Part shown: piece by piece, positions 45,838 through 55,675 of the stretch | Position numbering within the stretch: the first letter of the stretch is position 1 | Layout: every line of letters begins with the position of its first letter | Translations under genes and position numbers: made by a program | Origin: Candidatus Fermentimicrarchaeum limneticum | GTDB taxonomy: Archaea > Micrarchaeota > Micrarchaeia > Burarchaeales > Fermentimicrarchaeaceae | Assembly (NCBI GenBank): GCA_013426015.1 | Contig: CP058998.1 | Coordinates: 1,050,758 to 1,114,757 of the forward strand | Direction: 5' to 3' | DNA: 64,000 nt | Notes under the pieces: generated by a model | The model's database searches: none | What the model was told of the DNA's origin: nothing | The model's input: only the letters and a program-made list of their open reading frames with translations

Positions 45838-47175
45838 ATGGTGAACTCGGTTAAAGCTCAGAAAGCACCTGGAGAGGATGTCTTTAAGCTCATCCCGGCT
45901 AGCGAGGAGAAAAGACTGCTCAAAAAGATCGAGGAGAATACCACGAGGGCAACTAGGGAGGAAACCGAGCGAACTCTTCTGAAGTTTGACGCTGAAACTC
46001 GGATGGGGTTCCTGGCTCAGATCAACCAGCTTATAGACGTCTCCAACAAGGCAGCGTCAGATGTGCGCAAGATGGCTAAAAAAGCAGGTTACGTAGGAAT
46101 CCATGCCGAAGCCGACATGAGCACGACTCTGCATTATATAAATGATTCTGCCAAGTTCCTATTCGTCGAGCAGTTCCGCGATTACATAAACATCGCCATC
46201 AAGCTTGAGGAGAGGGGTGAGCAGTCAAAGGATACGCTGAGGCATCTGTCCAAGCTTCTAGCGGTAGACCCGGAAAAACCTCTTCAGCTGTCCAACATGT
46301 TGCTGGAAAGAGGGACCAATCCAAAAGGAGTTCTCATGTCGCTTTCTAACCTGCCCACCCCATCGCGTGAGATGTATCTAGACAGGCTGGTCTCGCTGTC
46401 TAAGGAGATGGTTGGGAAGGATATGAACCCCGGACAAACAATACGCTACATCGCCGAACTCCCTAAGCAGATTCGTGATACGCATGTTGAGGAAATTCTA
46501 TCTTTGTCCGAGAAGCTCGTGGAAAACGGGATAGATCCCAAGGGCAGCATCTGGGCGATAAGCCTCCTCCCACGAGACGGAAGCGTTGATATCGGCAATG
46601 TCCTCCTGTCCTCTATTGACCACATCGCGAATGAAAGAAAGGACCCGATGGACATGGTTCTTGCAAGTTCTTCCTCCCGCATGCAGTCAGTAGACCGCAC
46701 AAAGATTGAGAAGATAATGGAGCTGGCTCACGAAGGGGTGAATAAACGCTGGATGAAAGCTGAGCAGTGGTGGGATATGGAGAAATCGATGAACTCCCTG
46801 CTTGTCTACTCACCAGAGAATTTCAACAGGGTTGCAGAGATTGCTGTCGGTTTGCTGGAGCAAAAGAGGAACCCGAACGACCTATTCCTTCTGTCAAGAT
46901 CAGTGATACAGCACTGCCCTGAAAGTTTTAATGCAGAGATAGATACCATCGGGAATCTGGTTTTAAACATAAAGCCATTTGATGACGCTCTGCTCCCGAT
47001 TTTCTACAGATCCATAGAATTTAAGGATAGCGGCTTTGAGAACTACGTTTTCTACAAGCTTCATCAGACTCTCCAACGCAACCCAGAGAGATTCCCGGAG
47101 AAGCTGCATGAAGTTGCGGATAAGGTCAGCTCCGGAATCAATCCGGAGGTAGTGTTCAAACCAGGCGCACCATAA
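45838..47175 (+). CDS. Hypothetical alpha-helical repeat protein
   Basis: Repeated LS..(L/M)...G.(N/D)P...(I/L)..LP units. TTATATAA upstream. Confidence 0.6.
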   Translation: MVNSVKAQKAPGEDVFKLIPASEEKRLLKKIEENTTRATREETERTLLKFDAETRMGFLAQINQLIDVSNKAASDVRKMAKKAGYVGIHAEADMSTTLHYINDSAKFLFVEQFRDYINIAIKLEERGEQSKDTLRHLSKLLAVDPEKPLQLSNMLLERGTNPKGVLMSLSNLPTPSREMYLDRLVSLSKEMVGKDMNPGQTIRYIAELPKQIRDTHVEEILSLSEKLVENGIDPKGSIWAISLLPRDGSVDIGNVLLSSIDHIANERKDPMDMVLASSSSRMQSVDRTKIEKIMELAHEGVNKRWMKAEQWWDMEKSMNSLLVYSPENFNRVAEIAVGLLEQKRNPNDLFLLSRSVIQHCPESFNAEIDTIGNLVLNIKPFDDALLPIFYRSIEFKDSGFENYVFYKLHQTLQRNPERFPEKLHEVADKVSSGINPEVVFKPGAP

Positions 47176-47180
47176 ACGAG

Positions 47181-48437
47181 TTAAACTAACCCCTTCACGA
47201 TAAACTCCAGCTCATTGGTTACCTTGTTCCTCATAACGTTACCATCCGCAACAACTTTCCTCCCCACGATCTCATCCTTCTTCAGCTCAATGACGGTTCC
47301 GGCATCCACATCCGCCGGCATTTCCTTCAGCCCAAGAAACCCCCTCGCATTCCTGTCAAAAAGCACAATCCCTATCCTCCCGCTTCCGTCATCAAGCACT
47401 GCATTCACAACAACCCCCCTCTTGATTTCAGTCGAACCGCATTTGGGGCATACGTCTTTTTGAACGCTGCTCCCGCATCTGCCGCACATCTCATACAAGC
47501 GTGCAGTTGCGCTAGTCACCCCTCCCTCCACTTCCGCAGCCATCCCTTCCTTGAGGTCCACTATACGTCTCCTTTCCGCCTCAACCGCCTTGATCCGGGG
47601 CAACTTCACATTTCTTGGATTTAGGATAATCCTGCTTCTCCAGTCCGCATGCAGTTCCCTTCCGAATGCCCCCTTCTTCGCATAGGCGTTCTCCACCTTA
47701 ATCCTATCGCCGCTCTTCATCCTTCTCACAAGCTCCGCATTCCCATCCCACAGTGTGACTCTGACTTTGCCACTCTCATCTGCAACGACTATGGATGAAA
47801 CGTACTTCACTCTCCCTTCTTTCTGGAAGGAGTTTATCGCCCCTACCTCCAGGACTTCTGCGATTAAGTCTATGTTCTCCACCCCCTCCCTAATCTCTGT
47901 TATCTTCCTAAGCCCGCCAACAACATCTGGGAGCGTTGCCCTGCTATTGACTTTCAGAACCTGCCCCCCCATTGGGAGGTGCACCTCCTTGCTTTCCTTC
48001 ACATATGCGCCCAGCACATCCACAACATCTCCCTTCTCTATCACTCCTTTCTCAACCAGCTCCACATCCCTATTCCAGAGCACCAGCGTCGCTTCACCGC
48101 TCTTATCTCCTATCACCAAGCTGCAGACCCTGCCACTCCTCCCGTTCCTCTCGAATTTTCTCGGAGCAAGAACCCGCATAACTTTTGCGTGTATATTCAC
48201 ATTCTGCATGTCGGAGGATAGCTCCTCAAGCGGAGTGAAGCGCAGCTCGTCTTTCTCAACTTCCAGCTCAATTCCCAGCTCCTTAGTTGTAAGGTAAAGT
48301 GCTGCAGCTTCGTTTATCAGGCCATAAAACTCTTCCTGCTTCCTCTTTACCATTTCAGCGACTTCCGTCTCGGGAATCCTGCTCTTTTCGGTTATAGCCT
48401 TCCTCATCTTGGCTGGGTTCTTCAAGAACTCGAGCAT
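47181..48437 (-). CDS. rpa: Replication protein A (OB folds plus Zn finger)
   Basis: GDKSGEATLVLW, ADESGKVRVTLW, CGRC..CPKC, LDDGSG. Confidence 0.9.
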   Translation of the reverse strand: MLEFLKNPAKMRKAITEKSRIPETEVAEMVKRKQEEFYGLINEAAALYLTTKELGIELEVEKDELRFTPLEELSSDMQNVNIHAKVMRVLAPRKFERNGRSGRVCSLVIGDKSGEATLVLWNRDVELVEKGVIEKGDVVDVLGAYVKESKEVHLPMGGQVLKVNSRATLPDVVGGLRKITEIREGVENIDLIAEVLEVGAINSFQKEGRVKYVSSIVVADESGKVRVTLWDGNAELVRRMKSGDRIKVENAYAKKGAFGRELHADWRSRIILNPRNVKLPRIKAVEAERRRIVDLKEGMAAEVEGGVTSATARLYEMCGRCGSSVQKDVCPKCGSTEIKRGVVVNAVLDDGSGRIGIVLFDRNARGFLGLKEMPADVDAGTVIELKKDEIVGRKVVADGNVMRNKVTNELEFIVKGLV

Positions 48438-48489
48438 GGGAGATTATTGACCAACAAGTAATAAATTCCTTAACTGCTCTAGTCTCACC

Positions 48490-49062
48490 ATGAGGAATAT
48501 TTCTGAAAACATATTGATGATAGAAGGAGGAGGCCTCTGCTCAAACGTCTATATCCTTACCGAAGGAAAAAAGGCGCTGCTTATCGACTCCGGGGACGGA
48601 AGCAATTTTGAAGAGATTCAGAACGCGCTGGAAGGGCTTGAGCTTATGCAAGTGGTCCTCACGCACGGACATTTCGACCATATCGGAGGGATGCGTTACC
48701 TAATAACAGCTGGGATGGTGCGTAAGGCAGACCTTGCAGTTCTCGACGAGCTGAATTCCGTTTTCCCGAGCTACCAAAGGCCAACAAACCTGCACGAGCT
48801 GAGGACCAGCTCGCTTAAATTCGGCAAATTTGACCTGCAGATAATTGATACGCCCGGCCACACTCCCGGTTCAATCTGCTTGTTTGAGAAGAGCAGAAAG
48901 ATTCTATTTTCAGGTGACACTCTTTTTGCAGGCGGTTACGTCGGCAGAACCGATCTTTTTGGAGGCAATTCAGAGAAACTGATTAAGTCGCTCGGAATGA
49001 TAAAGAAGCTAGATTATAAGGTGCTTTGTCCGGGCCATAATGAAGTAGAATGCGTCATATGA
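48490..49062 (+). CDS. MBL-fold metallo-hydrolase
   Basis: THGHFDH, TPGHTPGS, FSGDTLF, PGH. Confidence 0.9.
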   Translation: MRNISENILMIEGGGLCSNVYILTEGKKALLIDSGDGSNFEEIQNALEGLELMQVVLTHGHFDHIGGMRYLITAGMVRKADLAVLDELNSVFPSYQRPTNLHELRTSSLKFGKFDLQIIDTPGHTPGSICLFEKSRKILFSGDTLFAGGYVGRTDLFGGNSEKLIKSLGMIKKLDYKVLCPGHNEVECVI

Positions 49063-50053
49063 CATCCGGCTTTCCGTATATCAAAATTGACATTACCGAC
49101 CTTCCTATCCTCTCCGGCTCCTCCTTCTTCACATGCTCCGTTGCATCCTTCAACCCTAATGCCAGGTGTTCATAACCCATCTGCTCGGCAAGCTCAGGTA
49201 TTGAATCCTTGAATATCTTCTCAACAATGCTGCCCCACCTGCTGCTCCCAACTTCAATCGTGCTGCCGCTCTCTTTCAACCTACTTTTTATTTCCTTATA
49301 AAGCTGATAGCTCTGTCTTAGACATTCATTATAGCTTTCCGCGTCTCCGGTGCCAACGAGCAGATTCTTAGCTATATGCAGCGTGAATTTCAAATCTGCG
49401 AACTCGTGCTGGTCCGTCTCCTTCAGGAGCTTCCTAACTCCCTCAAAAACCACATTCTTGTCCAACCCGCGCCTGCTCAACCCCTCGTCCAAGCTCTCAA
49501 TGAGCCTGATTGCATCCCTCTTCTGCGCCATTACGCTGAACTTCACCACTTCGTCAGCAATTCCTCTTGAGACTTCCGGGGATATGCCAAATTTGACGCC
49601 AACTGCCTTCCTTGCAGCCTGCCTCAGCCTCTCGTCAGGATCGCAGAGCATCTCAAACATCCTTAACCTAACATCCGGCCTTATCTCCTCCAGCCCTTTA
49701 ATCGGGGTGCCAATTTTTTCCAGAAAAATCTCCTTTACCTGCGGGTTGCTGTCGTTTATAAGCTCAAGGAATCTGCCAATCCTCTCCTCACTCGAAAGCT
49801 CCGGATTCTGCTTGAGCATCTCAACATAAACCTTAACCGCAAGCTTGCGGACGTATGTGTCCCTATCATGCATCAGCTCCCCAACCCTGTCTATTATTTT
49901 TGGCGTAGCCAGAATTTTGTCCCCAGCTCTTCTGAGAAGTTCGTAGAGCTGCTTAACGTCAATTTCGGGGTTGTTAAGGCAGTCTAGAGCGTAGGCTTCT
50001 ATCGCATTCTTCATGGGCAGCCTCTCCTCGTAGCTCATTCTCTTAACAGGCAT
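49055..50053 (-). CDS. HEAT-repeat hypothetical protein
   Basis: LMHDRDTYVRKLA, LINDSNPQVK, LCDPDERLRQAA. Confidence 0.65.
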   Translation of the reverse strand: MPVKRMSYEERLPMKNAIEAYALDCLNNPEIDVKQLYELLRRAGDKILATPKIIDRVGELMHDRDTYVRKLAVKVYVEMLKQNPELSSEERIGRFLELINDSNPQVKEIFLEKIGTPIKGLEEIRPDVRLRMFEMLCDPDERLRQAARKAVGVKFGISPEVSRGIADEVVKFSVMAQKRDAIRLIESLDEGLSRRGLDKNVVFEGVRKLLKETDQHEFADLKFTLHIAKNLLVGTGDAESYNECLRQSYQLYKEIKSRLKESGSTIEVGSSRWGSIVEKIFKDSIPELAEQMGYEHLALGLKDATEHVKKEEPERIGRSVMSILIYGKPDVI

Positions 50054-50142
50054 GGAGTAAATTGCTCAGTTTAATTATTTAAATTGAGAGGAGCTTGAAC
50101 AGCGCAGATTTAAATATTAAGATAAGCGAATATATCGGTCAT

Positions 50143-51207
50143 ATGAGGAAAAAGCAGACTAGGAAGAAGCCTCAAAAACCTAGCGCAGGCAGGAAGCCCC
50201 TCATGCTTGTGACAGGTGCCGGAGGCAGGCTCGGCAAGCATCTGCTGCGTCTCTTGCTGGAGCGGAATTCAAGGGTAAGGGTTCTTGCCAGGGCAGGGGC
50301 GGACTTGTCGTTCCCAGAGGGAGTCGAGGTTTTCCCGGGCGACATCACCCATCCCTCAACAATAATGGATGCTGTCAACGGGGTTGATGTCGTATTTCAT
50401 CTTGCAGCACTTGTTGACTACGTGAGCTCTGAGAAGGAGCTCTTCAGGGTGAATGTTGACGGGACGAGGAACCTGCTGAAGGTGTGCGTTGAGCTAGCTC
50501 CCCACCTGAAGAGATTTGTCTACTGCAGCTCAACCTCAGTAATGGGAAAGGAGCCGGCCGAGATACCGGCCAATGAGAAGACTGAATGCATACCGACAGA
50601 CAACTACGGTCTGTCAAAGCTGATGGCAGAGAAGGTCGTTATGGAGTACAGGGACAGGCTGCCAGTAACCATAATCCGCCCTGCAGTAATATACGGGGAA
50701 GGGTTCAACGAGGGCTACTTCCCTGTCTTCAAAATGCTGAAAAACCACACGCTTAGGATACTGGATTCAGGGAGGAATGTCCTCCCGTTCATCCACGCAA
50801 GGGATGTTGCAAGGGCTTTGCTGCTTGCCGCAGAGAACAAGAAGGCGGTAGGGCAGACGTACGTAATAACGGGCGGCGAGCAGATGACGCAGAAGGAGAT
50901 TATGGAGATTGCTGCCAAGGAACTGGGGGTAAAACCCCCGACAAAACACATACCACGCTTCATGGCAGAGCTCGGGATTGAGCTGTCCTACCTGACCAGC
51001 ATATTCGGCGGGAAGAAACCTTCAATAGACTCGGAACAGCTCGCAGTCCTGTCCTCACACAGGGTTTTTGACATTTCAAAGGCAAAGAAAGAATTGGGCT
51101 ACGCCCCAGAAGTGAGGCTGGAGGAGGGTATTAAAGAGATGGTAGAGTATTATAAAAGAGGTGCTTTCTATGAGGAGCATGGGAAAGGTGGAAAAATACA
51201 TAAATGA
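50143..51207 (+). CDS. NAD-dependent epimerase/dehydratase (extended SDR)
   Basis: VTGAGGRLG, HLAA, YGLSK, IRPAVIYG. Confidence 0.9.
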   Translation: MRKKQTRKKPQKPSAGRKPLMLVTGAGGRLGKHLLRLLLERNSRVRVLARAGADLSFPEGVEVFPGDITHPSTIMDAVNGVDVVFHLAALVDYVSSEKELFRVNVDGTRNLLKVCVELAPHLKRFVYCSSTSVMGKEPAEIPANEKTECIPTDNYGLSKLMAEKVVMEYRDRLPVTIIRPAVIYGEGFNEGYFPVFKMLKNHTLRILDSGRNVLPFIHARDVARALLLAAENKKAVGQTYVITGGEQMTQKEIMEIAAKELGVKPPTKHIPRFMAELGIELSYLTSIFGGKKPSIDSEQLAVLSSHRVFDISKAKKELGYAPEVRLEEGIKEMVEYYKRGAFYEEHGKGGKIHK

Positions 51208-51940
51208 CGGCATCCAGAGGGAAGGCGCACTGCTATTTGTTTTGATAGATCCACTGGACTACCCCACCCTTGACAAGGCAGTTCAGACCGCAGGGGAGGC
51301 GTGCGATGCCGGTGCCGACATCATACTCATCGGAGGCAGCATAGGTGTCCAGGGCCACATCCTTGACGAAGTAACAAAAAGAATAAAGGAAAAAGTTAAC
51401 GTCCCAATAGTCCTTTTCCCGGGCAATACGGGCACACTGACAAGATTCGCCGATGCGGTCTATTTCATGCAGCTTCTGAACTCCAGAAATCCCTACTGGA
51501 TTTCCCAGGCCCAGGCTCTTGCAGCACCAATAGTCAAGCAGATTGGCATAGAGCCTCTGGCAGTAGGTTACATAGTTGTTGAACCCGGCGGAACAGTCGG
51601 CTGGGTTGGGGATGCAAACAAGGTGCCTAGAGGCAAGGCACAGATAGCAGCTTTCCTGGCCCTTGCTGGCGAGTACGCAGGAAGCAAAATTATCGTGACA
51701 GATGTAGGAAGTGCGTCAGAACTGGGGCCGGTACCGCTGGAAATGGTCAAGGCTGTCAGGAAAGTAACCTCCGTTCCCTACATAGTAGCTGGCGGAATAA
51801 AAACAAAGCATCAGGCAGCGGAAATAGTCAAGGCAGGAGCTGATGCAATACACATCGGCACGGCGGCGCAGGATTCTAAGCATGTGGGAAAGACAGTAAA
51901 AGGGTTCGTAAAGGCAATCAAAGAGGCAGGGAGGAGATGA
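51170..51940 (+). CDS. Geranylgeranylglyceryl phosphate synthase
   Basis: LIDP, IGGS, VLFPG, LLNSRNPYWI, YIVVEPGGTVGWVG, AGGI. Confidence 0.9.
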   Translation: MRSMGKVEKYINDGIQREGALLFVLIDPLDYPTLDKAVQTAGEACDAGADIILIGGSIGVQGHILDEVTKRIKEKVNVPIVLFPGNTGTLTRFADAVYFMQLLNSRNPYWISQAQALAAPIVKQIGIEPLAVGYIVVEPGGTVGWVGDANKVPRGKAQIAAFLALAGEYAGSKIIVTDVGSASELGPVPLEMVKAVRKVTSVPYIVAGGIKTKHQAAEIVKAGADAIHIGTAAQDSKHVGKTVKGFVKAIKEAGRR

Positions 51941-51941
51941 G

Positions 51942-53198
51942 ATGGTAAGCAACCTAGTTTTCCTTCAGCAGATACTTCTTTCAATGGGCGTCGGTGCGCT
52001 CATAGGAGTCGAGAGGGAGCATACGAAACATCAGAGAATAGCGGGCGTGAGGACAATCGCACTCATCACCCTGCTTGGCACCCTGAGCGTCATGATATCC
52101 GAGCTTTCAGGTGCTCTCGCCTATATCCCTTACCTCTGCCTGCTGGCGGTTATAGGCTATACGTTCCTCCTTTACTACTTCAGGGCTAAGAACCTAAAAG
52201 CACTCGGCATAACCACCATACTCACCCTTCCGCTGGCTTTCATACTGGGCATATTCATCGGGTTCAACCTGTACCTAGAGGCGGTAAGCGGTGCGATTCT
52301 CACAACAATACTCCTCCTCAGCAGGGACTACTCCCACCTATTTGTAAAGAGGCTCACTGATGAAGAGATAGCAGATGCAATGCTGTTCGGAACAATCTGC
52401 TTCATAGTCTATCCAATAGCCCTGATTTTATCACCATCAGCTCCCATCACCATATACGATACTTTCTCCATAAACCTGCAGTCCTTCCTTGCCGTAGTCA
52501 TAGTTGTCTCCCTGATATCATTCATATCCTTCCTGCTTATGCGTTTCTGGGGGCACAGGGCGCTCCCCTTAACAGGCTTTCTGGGAGGATTGATAAACTC
52601 CGTTGCTACAGTTGCATCCCTTGCTTCCAAATCAAAGGAGAAGCCATCCCCCCTCTACATAACTGCTATGGCAACAGCAAGCAGCGCGATGCTGCTGAGG
52701 AATCTGTTCCTTGCGCTGCTGTTCTCACCTAAAGTCTTCTCCCTGATAGCGCTCCCCATAGTTGCGATGGTTCTGGTCTTCCTCATCCAGAGTTTCTACA
52801 GCACTACCAGATCAAAAGCCCACAGGATTGAGCTGCTTTTCAGGCAGCCTTTCTCCGTAGTCTCGGGATTGAAATTTGGCGCAGAGCTTTTCGGCGTAAT
52901 GCTGCTGGTCTACTTGGTCTCACAATTCAGCCCGGGCAGCATAGGGATAGCCGCATTCATAGGCGGGCTGGTCAGCAGCGCCTCAGTCGTTGCGTCAATC
53001 TCTACGAACCAAGCCGTTTGGGGAATGGGGAATACCGAGGCTGCCTACCTGATAATGGTGGGCTGCTTCGCAAGCCTCCTGACGAAGATATTCACGCTCA
53101 TAACAAGCGCATCTAAGGAGTTCAGCGGAAGGGGCATTCCGATAATAATAACTTCAATGCTTGCCGGGGCGATACTGCTCATCCTTACTGTGCGCTGA
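51942..53198 (+). CDS. MgtC/SapB family (DUF4010) membrane protein
   Basis: GALIGVERE, AGVRT, GITT, GFLGGLINS. Confidence 0.85.
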   Translation: MVSNLVFLQQILLSMGVGALIGVEREHTKHQRIAGVRTIALITLLGTLSVMISELSGALAYIPYLCLLAVIGYTFLLYYFRAKNLKALGITTILTLPLAFILGIFIGFNLYLEAVSGAILTTILLLSRDYSHLFVKRLTDEEIADAMLFGTICFIVYPIALILSPSAPITIYDTFSINLQSFLAVVIVVSLISFISFLLMRFWGHRALPLTGFLGGLINSVATVASLASKSKEKPSPLYITAMATASSAMLLRNLFLALLFSPKVFSLIALPIVAMVLVFLIQSFYSTTRSKAHRIELLFRQPFSVVSGLKFGAELFGVMLLVYLVSQFSPGSIGIAAFIGGLVSSASVVASISTNQAVWGMGNTEAAYLIMVGCFASLLTKIFTLITSASKEFSGRGIPIIITSMLAGAILLILTVR

Positions 53199-54443
53199 TA
53201 CTCCCTCCAGCTCCTTCATTATTTTTATCGCGCAGTAATCCCCGCACATGCTGCACGCCCTGCTCCTGCTGCCCCTCTTCTTCCTGTACTCCCTTGCCTT
53301 CTTATCGTATATTGCGCAATCAAACTGCTTCCTCCAATCCAGCTCAGCCCGTGCCTTGCTCATTTCCAAGTCAACTTCATTGTCCATCCTCTTCGCAATG
53401 TCCGCTGCATGCGCAGCTATCCTCATTGCAACTACTCCGTCAACCACATCCTCCACCCTAGGCAGAGCAACGTGCTCGCTGGGAGTAACAACGCACAGGA
53501 AGTCCGCCCCAGCCTTGGCAGCAATAGCCCCCCCTATTGCAGAGCTTATGTGGTCATATCCCACAGCAATATCCGTTACAAGTGGGCCAAGCACGTAGAA
53601 AGGAGCTCCTGAGCATATTTTCTTCTGCAGCATTATGTTCGCCTCAATCTTCTCTATTGGAACGTGGCCTGGCCCCTCGCATATTACGGAAACATTCCTC
53701 TCATGCGCCCGTTTGACGAGCTCCCCCTGCGTTATAAGCTCATGCATCTGCGCCCTGTCAGTCGAATCGCTCAGGCAGCCTGGCCTCAGCGCATCCCCCA
53801 GGCTCAGGATGACATCCCTGTCCTCGGCAAGCTCAAGCAGATAATCGAAATTCGTGTAAAGCGGATTCTCCTTCTCGTTCTTCATCATCCACGCAGCAAG
53901 CATGCATCCTCCTCTGCTCACTATCCTCATTATCCTGCTCTTTGTCAGGTCAAGTCCCTTTCTCCTCATTGCCGCATGCACTGTTACGAAATTCACCCCT
54001 AGCTGCATGTGCCTCTCCACTGCCTTGAGGATGTCCTCCTCTCTCGGCAGTTCACCCTTTTTGAACGAATTCACAAAGGCAGAATAGACCGGGACAGTTC
54101 CGACAGGCACTCTTGAGGCTCGAATGATCCTTTTCAGCACCGCTTCCAGGTTGCCGCCAGTGCTCAGATCCATAACCGTATCCGTGCCAGCCTCAACAGC
54201 CGCCTTGACCTTCCTAACTTCCTCCTCAACTCTCGCAAAATCAGTGGACGTTCCAACATTGGCGTTTACCTTTGTCCTCAGGCCAGCCCCGATCCCGCAT
54301 ACCTCCTCACCCTTCTCCATCACAACTATCTTCCCTTTCGCAACGCCATTCCTCACCCTCTCCGCGTTGACTTTCTCATCCTTTGCAATTTTCTTAACAG
54401 TGGAAGTGACAACTCCTCTCTTGGCTAGCTTCATCTGAGTCAA
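53154..54443 (-). CDS. thiC: Phosphomethylpyrimidine synthase ThiC
   Basis: TKVNANVGTS, MDLSTGG, GTVPVY, SRGG, EGPGHVP, CSMCGDYC. TTG start gives MTQMKLAK. Confidence 0.95.
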   Translation of the reverse strand: MTQMKLAKRGVVTSTVKKIAKDEKVNAERVRNGVAKGKIVVMEKGEEVCGIGAGLRTKVNANVGTSTDFARVEEEVRKVKAAVEAGTDTVMDLSTGGNLEAVLKRIIRASRVPVGTVPVYSAFVNSFKKGELPREEDILKAVERHMQLGVNFVTVHAAMRRKGLDLTKSRIMRIVSRGGCMLAAWMMKNEKENPLYTNFDYLLELAEDRDVILSLGDALRPGCLSDSTDRAQMHELITQGELVKRAHERNVSVICEGPGHVPIEKIEANIMLQKKICSGAPFYVLGPLVTDIAVGYDHISSAIGGAIAAKAGADFLCVVTPSEHVALPRVEDVVDGVVAMRIAAHAADIAKRMDNEVDLEMSKARAELDWRKQFDCAIYDKKAREYRKKRGSRSRACSMCGDYCAIKIMKELEGVSAHSKDEQYRPGKH

Positions 54444-54502
54444 ATAAAACACCCCAAGAGTTTTAAAAGCGCAAAATATATACAACTTACGCAAGTGGTT
54501 TC

Positions 54503-55624
54503 GTGAGGGAAATAGCAAATATTGAATTGTTCTGCATATGCAAGGAGCTGCAGATTCTTGTAGGGGCAAGGCTGACAAAGCTCTACGAACTCGGAAAGGA
54601 CGAATTCCGCATGCGCTTCCACTCGCCGGAATGCGGCGATGTTGACGTATACTGCAAGCTTAGGGAAAGGATCAACATAACGCAGTACATAAAGGAAGCA
54701 CCTCAGAAACCTTCCAACTTCATAATGGGATTGAGGAAGCACATTGAAGGCGCGAGAGTGAAGAGCGTCATGCAGTACGGGCTTGACCGAGTTGTTGTGT
54801 TTGAGCTTGAGAAGGAGAACAGGTTCCTCCTCATCTTCGAGATGTTTTCCCACGGCAATCTCATACTGACAGATGCAAGTTACAAAATTCTTCAGGCATA
54901 CAGGAGCGAGGAATGGGAGGACAGGAAAATCAGGAGAGGCGAGAAGTATATCTTCCCCAAATCAGAAAGGCTGGACCCGTTTGAACTGAACGAAAGGAAG
55001 CTGATGAGTCTTCTTGATTCAAAGAGGCTAGTGCCGTCCCTATCCTCAAAAATCAATCTCGGTCCGGCCTACATAGAGGAGGCGTGCAGAAGGGGGGAGC
55101 TGGATCTGAGCAGGAATGCAGATTCATTGAAGGAGCCGGATGTGCGGAAGCTCTTCGCAGGCTTCATAGAAGTCATGGAGTATGTGAACAAACCCGAGCC
55201 TGTAATCTACCTGAAGGATGGAAAGTATATCGATTACTCCCTCTTCCCATTTAAAAAGTATGAAGGGATGGAGGCTCTTCAACTAAAATCAGTCTCAGCA
55301 CTGCTTGACGACTTCTACCTGCATTTCGTTGCTGAGGAGAAGAAGGTTGACCCGAAGAAGACGAGGATTGAGGTGAAACTGAAAGAGCAGCAGAGGAGTC
55401 TGGAGGAATTCAGCCTTCGGGCGAAGGAAAACAAGGAGATGGGAGATACGATATACAGCAACTTCGACAAGGTCGAGTCAATACTCAGCTTCATAAAGGA
55501 AAGGAAGAAACTAAAGAAAAAACAGGACGAAATTATGGAAGAGATGAGGAAGGAAATGCCAGAAGAGGCGAAGCTCGTGGAGAGCATAAACCTGAAAAAA
55601 GGCGAGGTTGTGCTGCAGCTGTGA
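54503..55624 (+). CDS. NFACT/RqcH (NEMF) family protein, N-terminal portion only
   Basis: PSNFIMGLRKHIEG, DRVV, FEMFSHGNLIL, IRRGEKYIFP, coiled coil. No NFACT-R domain seen. Confidence 0.8.
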   Translation: MREIANIELFCICKELQILVGARLTKLYELGKDEFRMRFHSPECGDVDVYCKLRERINITQYIKEAPQKPSNFIMGLRKHIEGARVKSVMQYGLDRVVVFELEKENRFLLIFEMFSHGNLILTDASYKILQAYRSEEWEDRKIRRGEKYIFPKSERLDPFELNERKLMSLLDSKRLVPSLSSKINLGPAYIEEACRRGELDLSRNADSLKEPDVRKLFAGFIEVMEYVNKPEPVIYLKDGKYIDYSLFPFKKYEGMEALQLKSVSALLDDFYLHFVAEEKKVDPKKTRIEVKLKEQQRSLEEFSLRAKENKEMGDTIYSNFDKVESILSFIKERKKLKKKQDEIMEEMRKEMPEEAKLVESINLKKGEVVLQL

Positions 55625-55675
55625 GTTGAAAAGCGCAAATCATATTTTATACTCTAATTGATAATCATCTGAATT

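Noticed and set aside
53154..54578. 474-aa ThiC with long N-terminal extension
   Set aside because: The extension overlaps the divergent gene and promoter. TTG 54443 gives a typical ThiC start.
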